DNA of 64,000 bases, from the NCBI GenBank assembly GCA_964016885.1, contig OZ024741.1, positions 399,652,001-399,716,000 of the forward strand, written 5' to 3'. Made by a program: the position numbers and the translations under genes. Each line of letters starts with the position of its first letter. Position 1 is the first letter of the stretch. The notes beneath the pieces were generated by a model. That model had not been told where the DNA came from, did not search any database, and saw only the letters and a list, made by a program, of their open reading frames with translations. This DNA is from Eledone cirrhosa (lineage: Eukaryota). Shown piece by piece: positions 51,401-62,960 of the stretch.

Positions 51401-54400
51401 ACGTAGGTATTAACCTTTACTGAAAGTGTGACACACACGGTCTGACGTATGGTACGTAGGTATTAACCTTTACTGAAAGTGTGACACACACGGTCTGACG
51501 TATGGTACGTAGGTATTAACCATTACTGAAAGTGTGACACACACGGTCTGACGTACGGTACGTAGGTATTAACCTTTACTGAAAGTGTGACACAGACGGT
51601 CTGACGTACGGTACGTAGGTATTAACCTTTACTGAAAGTGTGACACACACGGTCTGGCGTATGCTACGTAGGTATTAACCTTTATTGAAAGTGTGACACA
51701 CACGGTCTGACGTATGGTACGTAGGTATTAACCTTTACTGAAAGTGTGACACACACGGTCTGACGTACGGTACGTAGGTATTAACCTTTACTGAAAGTGT
51801 GACACACACGGTCTGACGTATGGTACGTAGGTATTAACCTTTACTGAAAGTGTGACACACACGGTCTGACGTATGGTACGTAGGTATTAACCATTACTGA
51901 AAGTGTGACACACACGGTCTGACGTACGGTACGTAGGTATTAACCTTTACTGAAAGTGTGACACAGACGGTCTGACGTACGGTACGTAGGTATTAACCTT
52001 TACTGAAAGTGTGACACACACGGTCTGGCGTATGCTACGTAGGTATTAACCTTTATTGAAAGTGTGACACACACGGTCTGACGTATGGTACGTAGGTATT
52101 AACCTTTACTGAAAGTGTGACACACACGGTCTGACGTACGGTACGTAGGTATTAACCTGTACTGAAAGTGTGACACACACGGTCTGGCGTATGGTACATA
52201 GGTATTAACCTTTACTGAAAGTGTGACACACACGGTCAGACGTACGGTACGTAGGTATTAACCTTTACTGAAAGTGTGACACATACGGTCTGACGTATGG
52301 TACGTAGGTATTAAACTTTACTGAAAGTGTGACACACACGGTCCGACGTATGGTACATAGGTATTAACCGTTACTGAAAGTGTGACACACACGGTCTGAC
52401 GTATGGTACATAGGTATTAACCTTTACTGAAAGTGTGACACACACGGTCTGACGTACGGTACGTAGGTATTAACCTTTACTGAAAGTGTGACACACACGG
52501 TCTGACGTATGGAACGTAGGTATTAACCTTTACTGAAAGTGTGACACACACGGTCTGACGTATGGTACATAGGTATTAACCTTTATTGAAAGTTTGACAC
52601 ACACGGTCTGACGTACGGTACATAGGTATTAACCTTTACTGAAAGTGTGACACACACGGTCTGACGTATGGTACGTAGGTATTAACCTTTACTGAAAGTT
52701 TGACACACACGGTCTGACGTACGGTACGTAGGTATTAACCTTTACTGAAAGTGTGACACACACGGTCTGACGTACAGTACGTAGGTATTAAACTTTACTG
52801 AAAGTGTGACACACACGGTCTGACGTATGGTACGTAGGTATTAACCTTTACTGAAAGTGTGACACACACGGTCTGACGTATGGTACATAGGTATTAACCT
52901 TTACTGAAAGTGTGACACACACGGTCTGACGTATGTTACGTAGGTATCAACCTTTACTGAAAGTGTGACACACACGGTCTGACATATGGTACGTAGGTAT
53001 TAACCTTTACTGAAAGTGTGACACACACGGTCTGGCGTATGGTACGTAGGTATTAACCTTTACTGAAAGCGTGACACACACGGTCTGAGGTATGGTACGT
53101 AGGTATTAACCTTTACTGAAAGTGTGACACACATGGTCTGACGTACGGTACATAGGTATTAACCTTTACTGAAAGTGTGACACACACGGCCTGACGTACA
53201 GTACGTAGGTATTAACCTTTACTGAAAGTGTGACACACGGTCTGACGTACAGTACGTAGGTATTAACCTTTACTGAAAGTGTGACACAGACGGTCTGACG
53301 TACGGTACGTAGGTATTAACCTTTACTGAAAGTGTGACACACACGGTCTGACGTATGCTACGTAGGTATTAACCTTTATTGAAAGTGTGACACACACGGT
53401 CTGACGTATGGTACGTAGGTATTAACCTTTACTGAAAGTGTGACACACACGGTCTGACGTACGGTACGTAGGTATTAACCTTTACTGAAAGTGTGACACA
53501 CACGGTCTGACGTATGGTACATAGGTATTAACCTTTACTGAAAGTGTGACACACACGGTCAGACGTACGGTACGTAGGTATTAACCTTTACTGAAAGTGT
53601 GACACACACGGTCTGACGTATGGTACGTAGGTATTAACATTTACTGAAAGTGTGACACACACGGTCTGACGTATGGTACATAGGTATTAACCGTTACTGA
53701 AAGTGTGACACACACGGTCTGACGTATGGTACATAGGTATTAACCTTTACTGAAAGTGTGACACACACGGTCTGACGTACGGTACGTAGGTATTAACCTT
53801 TACTGAAAGTGTGACACACACGGTCTGACGTATGGAACGTAGGTATTAACCTTTACTGAAAGTGTGACACACACGGTCTGACGTATGGTACATAGGTATT
53901 AACCTTTACTGAAAGTGTGACACACACGGTCTGACGTACGGTACATAGGTATTAACCTTTACTGAAAGTGTGACACACACGGTCTGACGTATGGTACGTA
54001 GGTATTAACCTTTACTGAAAGTGTGACACACACGGTGTGACGTATGGTACATAGGTATTAACCTTTACTGAAAGTGTGACACACACGGTCTGACGTACGG
54101 TACGTAGGTATTAACCTTTACTGAAAGTGTGACACACACGGTCTGACGTATGGTACGTAGGTATTAACCTTTACTGAAAGTGTGACACACACGGTCTGAC
54201 ACACGGTCTGACGTACGGTACGTAGGTATTAACCTTTACTGAAAGTGTGACACACACGGTCTGACGTATGGTACGTAGGTATTAACCTTTACTGAAAGTG
54301 TGACACACACGGTCTGACGTATGGTACGTAGGTATTAACCATTACTGAAAGTGTGACACACACGGTCTGACGTATGGTACGTAGGTATTAACCTTTACTG

Positions 54401-55785
54401 AAAGTGTGACACACACGGTCTGACGTATGGTACATAGGTATTAACCTTTACTGAAAGTGTGACACACACGGTCTGACGTATGTTACGTAGGTATCAACCT
54501 TTACTGAAAGTGTGACACACACGGTCTGACGTATGGTACGTAGGTATTAACCTTTACTGAAAGTGTGACACACACGGCCTGACGTATGGTACGTAGGTAT
54601 TAACCTTTACTGAAAGTGTGACACACACGGTCTGAGGTATGGTACGTAGGTATTAACCTTTACTGAAAGTGTGACACACATGGTCTGACGTACGGTACAT
54701 AGGTATTAACCTTTACTGAAAGTGTGACACACACTGTCTGACGTATGGTACGTAGGTATTAACCTTTACTGAAAGTGTGACACACACGGTCTGACGTATG
54801 GTACATAGGTATTAACCTTTACTGAAAGTGTGACACACACGGTCTGACGTACGGTACGTAGGTATTAACCTTTACTGAAAGTGTGACACACACGGTCTGA
54901 CGTATGGTACGTAGGTATTAACCTTTACTGAAAGTGTGATACACACGGTCTGACGTATGGTACATAGGTATTAACCTTTACTGAAAGTGTGACACACACG
55001 GTCTGACGTACGGTACGTAGGTATTAACCTTTACTGAAAGTGTGACACACACGGTCTGACGTATGGTACATAGGTATTAACCTTTACTGAAAGTGTGACA
55101 CACACGGTCTGACGTACGGTACGTAGGTATTAACCTTTACTGAAAGTGTGACACACACGGTCTGACGTATGGTACGTAGGTATTAACCTTTACTGAAAGT
55201 GTGATACACACGGTCTGACGTATGGTACATAGGTATTAACCTTTACTGAAAGTGTGACACACACGGTCTGACGTACGGTACGTAGGTATTAACCTTTACT
55301 GAAAGTGTGACACACACGGTCTGACGTATGGTACGTAGGTATTAACCTTTACTGAAAGTGTAACACACACGGTCTGACGTATGGTACATAGGTATTAACC
55401 TTTACTGAAAGTGTGACACACACGGTCTGACGTATGGTACGTAGGTATTAACCTTTACTGAAAGTGTGACACATACGGTCTGACGTATGGTACATAGGTA
55501 TTAACCTTTACTGAAAGTGTGACACACACGGTCTGACGTATGGTACGTAGGTATTAACCTTTACTGAAAGTGTGACACATACGGTCTGACGTATGGTACA
55601 TAGGTATTAACCTTTACTGAAAGTGTGACACACACGGTCTGACGTACGGTACGTAGGTATTAACCTTTACTGAAAGTGTGACACACACGGTCTGACGTAT
55701 GGTACGTAGGTATTAACCTTTACTGAATGTGTGACACACACAGTCTGACGTACGGTACATAAGTATTAACGTATTAATATATAGA
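45430..55785 (-). mobile_element. Non-autonomous Helitron-like element carrying a giant tandem array
   Basis: Minus strand reads A|TCTATATATTAATAC ... ATCCTTGAA-TTTT-TTCACGGGT-CCAG-CTAG|T: 5' TC, subterminal hairpin, 3' CTAG, AT target, no TSD. Confidence 0.7.
45866..55770. repeat. 53-bp satellite, ~187 copies (tactgaaagtgtgacacacacggtctgacgtacggtacgtaggtattaacctt)
   Basis: Period 53, highly homogeneous, no spacers. Confidence 0.97.
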
Positions 55786-55976
55786 TAGTTATATATTTAA
55801 TTGTGTCATCATAGCTTTATAGAATATTGGTCTCTTCACCATAAACATACAATTGTTGCTGAGCTAGCTAAGATGTCTCTAAGAGCTCACTCTGTCAGTT
55901 AGAAGCAACAGCCATACCTCCCTTAAATTGCATGTTACCATATTAAAACAACAAAGTATGACAAATTATAATTTAT

Positions 55977-56196
55977 CTCTTTAGCATTTAAACTTGCCAT
56001 ATCCAGCCAGAATTATCTTACTCTTTCTGTTCAAACAAGCCGTAATTTGCCGTTCATATTGACATTAAGGTATTGTTCTCAAAATAAATAACAATAAAAT
56101 TTCATAAATTTGATATTATGTATGATAATTATGTGAGGTAAAGCTTTTACCACAAAAATACAATAGTATATATAGAGTAATGTAAATGGTAAAGGA
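55977..56196 (+). mobile_element. Degenerate piggyBac-type MITE copy
   Basis: ctctttagcattta ... taaatggtaaagga|ttaa. Confidence 0.7.
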
Positions 56197-56497
56197 TTAA
56201 ACCTGGCAGAGCACATTTCGTATCCAAGTTTGAACACAGCCAATTTCTTCCAGAGAAGGTGTGAAAGAGTGCGAGAGAAGAAATGAAAAAGAGATATAGA
56301 AGAAGAATTGACCCCAGTATTAGACTGGTATTTTTTAGGTTTTATCAACGTTGAAAGATAAAGTTGGCCTCAGCAAAATTTGAATAGACAGAACACAGTG
56401 TCAAAACAAATACTACAAAGTATTCTATTCAACATTCTAATAACTCTACAAATTTGTCACCTGTTTGCTAGGGATACAAATATTCAATCAGTCTTAC

Positions 56498-56944
56498 CTG
56501 TTGTTAGATTAAAACATGCTTTCACTTGGAGCCAGACAAGATAATCTTCTGGTTTATTTTCTTCTACAATGCCTGGAGATTCTAAAATAACCTTTACAGC
56601 TGTTGCCTTTGGATAATTGTTCAGTATGAGGGATCCTGTAATGTTGGTACCTCCCACAGAGTTCTGGAACTCCTCAGAGCCAGGTAATTGTACAAGAATT
56701 GTTACCTTACTAATACTACCCCACATATCAACCTCAAGTAGTTCAACACCTTCAGGTTTATCAGTGAGTTTTATAGTGACACTTGGTTTGGGTTCTGAAG
56801 GAGATTTTGGAACTGGAACCCTCCATCCAACCAAGCCTGGTCTGATACTTGAAACAGGATAATCTGGTGTGTCAGGACTTGATGATATGAAGGAATCAGG
56901 GATGATACTTATGTCATTCATACCTTCTCTGACCTCACAAGGTG
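56498..56944 (-). CDS. Mucin exon B: 149-aa discoidin/F5-8C-like module, copy 1
   Basis: tttttcag|CACCTTGT ... ACAG|gtaaga; 447 nt, phase 1-1; APCEVREGMNDISIIPDSFISSS...WLQVKACFNLTT. Confidence 0.9.
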
Positions 56945-57920
56945 CTGAAAAACAATACATACATTTTATGTAATTACAGATTACACTTTAAAGAATATCA
57001 AGCATATTAATGTGGAGGGATGTAGCTTAGTGGTTAGGTTGTTCAGTTCACAATTGTAAGGTTGTGAGTTTGATTCCAGTCCACACCAAGTGACAGGTTG
57101 TCTCCTTGAGCAAAACACTTTATTTCACATTGCTCCAATGGTCTGATCTCTTTCTTCTGTATTAATTATTTCTACTTTTGGCACAAGGCCAGCAATTATC
57201 CCAGTGTATTACTGATACTTTATTTTATCGACCCCGTAAGGATAAAAGGTAAAGTTAACCTTGGCAGGATTTGAACTGAGACCATAAAGGGCCGTAACTC
57301 ATTGCTGCAAAGCATGGCGTTCGACCCTCTACTGATACTGCCAATTATTAATGATACCAAAAGCTATAGTAACAGAATAAAATTATCTGTTGTTGAGGCC
57401 ACCTCACATTTCTCTACACCAGGAGAAGGTGAAGCCATCCTCTTTACTGTCACATGTATACTTACAGGGTGAATGGAGCATACCCACCTTAAAGAGAGGA
57501 CTGGGGCTTATTTTTGTGGCATCAGCTCTAACATACAGGGTGGACTAGCTATTTTTATTGTGGTACCAGTACTACCTCATCAGAACAGGCTGAATCAGCA
57601 CTACCCCATTTCAAAACTAGAATACTTATAGGGTCTTTGGCCAGGCTGGAGTGGTAGTGATGGGTGTGTGAGTTCAAAATGAGAGGGGAAGGTAAGCTAC
57701 ATTACTAAAACTAATGGATGAATTAGTCACTCAACTAATAGTAATCTTAAAATTATACTTTGGCATGTCCCATCTTATAGCTAAAACCTTCCCAGCCATC
57801 ACTGTTAACGAACATTTTCATCTGATCCTCATATTTCAACTTTTCAGCTGATCATCATATTTTTTTTGTTTTGCACATTTTCTTATGTTTAAATCTGATA
57901 ACAAAAATCTTGTTACATAC

Positions 57921-58224
57921 CTATTGTTGTTGTAAACATTGTTGAGCTGACACCAGTGGTTCCAGACACTACTGCTGTAGTAATAGGTGTCTCAGTAGCC
58001 ATGGAGTGAGGAGATGTATAATATGTTGATGATATGGGAGTTGTTGTTGCTAGAGTTGTAGAGATGGTGACATTTGGGCAATATGGACAACATTTTCCTG
58101 GATCTGTTATCCATGTACTGTTGTCACATGAAAGAGTCTCACAAGAAATTACTTCTGTAGACAAGGAACGACCAGGAAGACATTCAATTCTTTTACATGG
58201 TCCATCATTCCAGACTTCTCCAAT
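57921..58224 (-). CDS. Mucin exon A: VWC domain (lacking first Cys) plus PTS start
   Basis: Acceptor ttctatttcag|ATT (phase 0), donor ATAG|gtatgt. Encodes IGEVWNDGPCKRIECLPGRSLSTEVISCETLSCDNSTWITDPGKCCPYCPNVTISTT...; 304 nt. Confidence 0.85.
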
Positions 58225-58253
58225 CTGAAATAGAATATAATTTGTTACTGCCA

Positions 58254-58938
58254 ACAAAATCAGAAAACAGCATAGCTCCCATGACTTTCGGAAACATTTT
58301 TTCACGCTCAGAGTTGCTGAAGCATGGAACCAACTACCTGCATCAGTTGTTAGCTGTCGAGACACTGCATCCTTTAAAACCTCCATGGAACAAACTACCT
58401 GCATCAATTATTAGCTGTCGAGACACTGCATCCTTTAAAATCTCCATGGAACCAACTACCTGCATCAGTTATTAGCTGTCGAGACACTGCATCCTTTAAA
58501 ATCTCCATGGAACCAACTACCTGCATCAGTTGTTAGCTGTCGAGACACTGCATCCTTTAAAATCTCCATGGAACCAACTACCTGCATCAGTTATAAGCTG
58601 TCGAGACACTGCATCCTTTAAAATCTCCATGGAACCAACTACCTGCATCAGTTATAAGCTGTCGAGACACTGCATCCTTTAAAACCTCCATGGAACAAAC
58701 TACCTGCATCAGTTGTTAGCTGTCGAGACACTGCATCCTTTAAAACCTCCATGCTTCCTGAGATTCGCCAACACTACACCTAATATTCCCCCTCCATACA
58801 CATACACACATGTATATCATGACTTATACACTATTCACTTCCCTGACATTTCTATATTATTCTATGTACTATACATGCACCTTTGATGAGTTGTAGTGCA
58901 CCTGAGCACTGTACACAATAATTTCATTATTATTATTA
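58254..58938 (+). mobile_element. CR1-like 3' fragment with a 7x61-bp internal array (58323-58749)
   Basis: Homologous to the reverse complement of 43571-44465; (att)n tail. Confidence 0.8.
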
Positions 58939-58964
58939 AATGTTTTTTGAATCGTACACAATGT

Positions 58965-59355
58965 TGTATATCCCCCAAAGCTGTTGACTCAGTCATGTGG
59001 ATACCCCTAATCCTGTGGTATATCCTCAAACCAGTTGATTGGATCACAGAGGTATTCCTAATCACATTGTATACCCCAAATTATTGATTGGATCAGCCTT
59101 AATCTTGAATATCTCTAAACTTATTGATTGGATTATGTAGGTAGCCCTAATCCCATGGTATATCTCCAAAGCTATTGATCAGGTGACATGGATATCCCTA
59201 ATCCATGGTATGTTCCCAAATCTATTGAGTGGGTGATGTGGGTAGCCCAGATCATGTTGTAGACCTCCAAAACTATTGAGTGGGTGACATGTGGGTAGCC
59301 CTAATCCATGGTATGTTCCCAAAACTATTGAGTGGGTCATCTGGGTAGCCCTAAA
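58965..59355. repeat. Degenerate ~50-bp tandem repeat
   Basis: Recurring ccctaatcc(c)atggtat...caaa.ctattga. Confidence 0.6.
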
Positions 59356-60578
59356 AGGCATTCATATTTATTCTATATTTAAGTACTAAAACGTATTTCT
59401 AGCATTCTTCAATAAAACAAATTTAGTGTTAAGAATATGTGGTTAAGAAGTTTGCTTCCCAACTACATGGTGTAATCTCTTCACATCCTGTCTTCTATCA
59501 TAACCATGGGTCAACGAAATTCTTGTTGGAATCATGATAAAAAGCGCCCAGTACACTGTAAATGTGGTTGGCATTAGGAAGGGCATTCAACTGTAGAAAC
59601 CAAGCTAAAATCAGTTCTGTGTTAGTGAAACATGGTATTTCGACCTGGATGTCTCTCAACAAGACAGCCTGTCCTAACCATGTTAGCATAGAAAATGGAC
59701 ATTCTCTGAATTGGGAGATCACAGCTCCGATACTATGAGTCCCAGGAGTAGACACTGAGCAAGAGGATTGAATAACATCCATGGGCTTGGCTGGTCTCAC
59801 TTGGGGATCCAGCGGGATCAGTTGGAGACAGTTGCTTCTGACAAGACCCACTGGAAGGAGTGTTTGAGGACTCTGCCCACATGACTCTGTCAAGAAGAAG
59901 AAGAAGAAGAAGAAGAAGAAGAAATGGTGTGATAACTGACCTCATAAAAATTGCCTGAATTTTTTGGATATTCACATTTATCGTTTGGTTCACATCGGCA
60001 ACAAATACCATCATCTAAATCTTCATTCACTAATAACCAATCCTGTGTAGATATCCAAGAAGGAAATAATTAGGATGATAAGGAAGTTGATAATGATTAT
60101 GATGATGATGATAATGATAATGATGATAATAATAATTGTTTCTACTTTTGGCACAAGGCCAGCAATTACCCAGTGCATTACTGGTACTTTATTTTATCGA
60201 CCCCTGTAAGGATGAAAGGCAAAGTTAACCTCGGTGGGATTTGAACTCAGATCATAAAGGGAGGTAACTCTATGCTTCAAAACATGGCGTCCAACCCTCT
60301 ATGATAATGTACATATTTCAGCTTTACAGAACAATGAACTCATAAGAAAGTTATAGTTAATAGAAGCAGTGTCAGACTGAATCCACTTCAACATTGATGA
60401 GACCACATATGTTCACACACACCTCACCACCACATACATACACACAGATATATATACATTTTAATTAGGTTTAATCTATGCATATAAAATATATATTGAT
60501 TATGTTACTCAACAAAGAGACCCCAATGAACATTATACTCAATGTATAATTAATAATTAATAATATATATATATATAT

Positions 60579-60916
60579 GGAGGCACATGGCTTAGTGGTT
60601 AGAGCATTGGGCTTGCAATCGAAAGGTTGTGAGTTCAATTCTCAGACCAGGTGATGTGTTGTTTCCTTGAGCAAGACACTTTATTTCACATTGCTCCAGT
60701 TTACTCAGCTGTAGAAATGAGATGATAGGGACTCGGGTCCCTATCATTCCACTGCAAAGTGGTCGTGGAGGTGCCACGGCAAAAAAGCACCCAGCACTCA
60801 CTGTAAATGAGGTTGGTGTTAGGAAGGGCATCCAGCTGTAGAAATCAAGCCAGAATCAGTTCCCGTCCCACCCTTGCAAGCAGGGAAAAGCGAATGTAAA
60901 ATGAAAAGATGATGAT
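60579..60916 (+). mobile_element. Full-length SINE family B with RTE-C-type tail
   Basis: ggaggcacatggcttagtggttagagc (A box), gagttcaattctc (B box), CORE-like segment, RTE-derived tail. Confidence 0.85.
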
Positions 60917-60926
60917 ATATATATTA

Positions 60927-61077
60927 ATTTATTAAAATAACAGATTAAAGTTTAAGCAAAGAATCGCTGCTTTCATCCTTAACGGGATCTTCTGAAGTTT
61001 CTGAAGTTTCAGAAGATCCCGTTAAGGGTGAAAGCAGCGATTCTTTGCTTAAACTTTAATCTGTTATTTTAATAAAT
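60927..61077. repeat. Near-perfect palindrome (70-bp arms) whose right arm folds as a hammerhead-like motif
   Basis: 60927-60996 versus 61008-61077, one mismatch. Confidence 0.9.
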
Positions 61078-61176
61078 ATTTGCTCTACGGTTCTTATATA
61101 TTTGATATATATTTATCCTTATCGCGCCCTCTTTGGATTTTAGTCTTCAAATTTATTATTATTACTATATATATAT

Positions 61177-62960
61177 CATCATCATCATCATCATCATTTT
61201 ACGTCCGCTTTTCCCTGCTTGCAAGGGTGGGACGGGTCTTATTCAGCACAGCATCTCTCCACTCGTCACGGTCCCTCGTCATCTCCACCGTGAGCTTCAA
61301 TGATCTGAGGTCTGTTCTCACCACCTCCGCCCATGTTTTTCGTGGTCTACCTCTACCACGTCTTCCTTCAACTGGCATTTCCTGGCACTTCTTCACCCAT
61401 CGGTCATCCTCCATGCGCATCACATGTCCATACCACCTCAGTCTCCTCTCCCGTACACTACATTCTATCCCTCTCAGACACAGTTTCTCTCTCAACACAT
61501 TTATGCTGGGTCGTTCACGCACATTTACACTGCACATCCAACGGAGCATGCTTGCCTCATTTCTCTCCAGCCGTCGCATATCTTCTGCGGTAGCTGCCCA
61601 TGTCTCACTACCATGCAGCATCGCGCTCCTCACACAGGCATCATACAACCGGCCTTTCGTACGCAGGGAGAAACCCTTCTTCGTCAACAGAGGAAGCAGC
61701 TCCCTAAACTTCTTCCAACCCGTCCTTATTCTAGATACTATGGCCTCGGAACACCCTCCTCCCATGCTAATCTGATCTCCTAGGTACCGGAAGCTATCCA
61801 CCACTTCTATAGCGCCCTCTCGCATTTGAAAAATGTGTCTATCAGTGCGACTTCTACTGTCTAATTTCCCTGTACATCTACTGCATACATATTTCTCCCT
61901 ACCTGTTAGTTTGCCTGCTATCCCGCTACATCTCTTGTGTACCCAGGACCTACATTGTGTGCATTTTATAGAATTTATGCCAGTTCCTTTTCTGCATATC
62001 GAACATGGCCATTTCCCTGACGGAATCAGGGTTTTGTCCTCTTTTCTACTCATCAACACTTTTGTCTTAGCTAGATTTACTCTCAGTCCTCTTGCTTCCA
62101 ACTGCTGTTTCCATAGCCGGAATTTATTCTCTAGCTCCTCTACTGATTCTGCCATAAGAGCCAGATCGTCAGCATAGAGAAGTTCCCATGGACAGCCAGT
62201 CTTAAACTCCTCTGTTATGGCTTGGAGGACTATAATGAACAAGAGCGGGCTGAGGACCGAACCCTGATGTACTCCTACTTGTATCTGGAATTCCTCACTA
62301 AACTCCATTCCTACCCTGACTTTACTGAGAGTACCTCTGTACAAAGTTTGCACTGTCCTTACAAGCCATTCCTCAACACCCAGCTTCCTTAGGGACCACC
62401 AGATGACAGATCGGGGTACCCTATCAAAGGCCTTCTCTAGGTCAACAAAGGCTAAGTATAGTGGCTTATTCTTCTCTAAGAACCTCTCTTGCATTTGTCT
62501 CACCAAGAAGAGGGCATCTGTTGTACTCTTCCCAGGCACAAAACCAAACTGCATCTCATCTAGTTTGACCCTTTCTCTAATTAGTTGTGCTAAAATCCTT
62601 TCTGCCACTTTCATAACCTGATCTATCAGTTTTATACCCCTATAATTGCTCCTCTCCAAAGCATCCCCTTTACCTTTGTAGCAATTTATGAGAATACTGC
62701 TGCACCAGTCTTTGGGTATGACACCACCATATATAGCCTGATTGATTATGCGTGCAACCAGTTTAGTGCCTACGTCCCCTGATGCCTTCAGCATCTCAGC
62801 AACTATTCCCGATGGTCCGGCCGCCTTACCATTTTTCATTTCCCTAATCGCCTCTTGGACCCTATATTCGTCAATCTCAATAGCTGGTCCCTCTGTCGGA
62901 TCTACCAAGGGTAATTTCTCTCTCTCCCATTCGTTCTCCACATTCATCAGTCTCTCATAT
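61177..62960 (-). mobile_element. RTE-clade LINE 'RTE-C', 5'-truncated, uninterrupted RT ORF 61199..62947
   Basis: QFGFVPGKSTTDA, FVDLEKAFD, LLYADD and a PHD-like finger. The stop codon is immediately followed by the (atg)n tail. Confidence 0.95.

Larger units (their letters stand above)
12749..58224 (-). other. Spliced gene (3' portion, 12 coding exons, 2301 aa in window): gel-forming mucin / hemocytin-like secreted glycoprotein, VWC-PTS-(discoidin-like)x3-PTS-CTCK
   Basis: Exons joined manually. All introns are GT-AG and phase 1; summed CDS is 6906 nt = 2302 codons ending in TAA. Thr/Ser/Pro-rich segments, a VWC CCPxC motif and an 11-Cys cystine knot are present; AATAAA lies downstream. 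Confidence 0.88.

Noticed and set aside
45866-55770. CRISPR-like array
   Set aside because: Head-to-tail repeats with no unique spacers, no cas genes, eukaryotic context.
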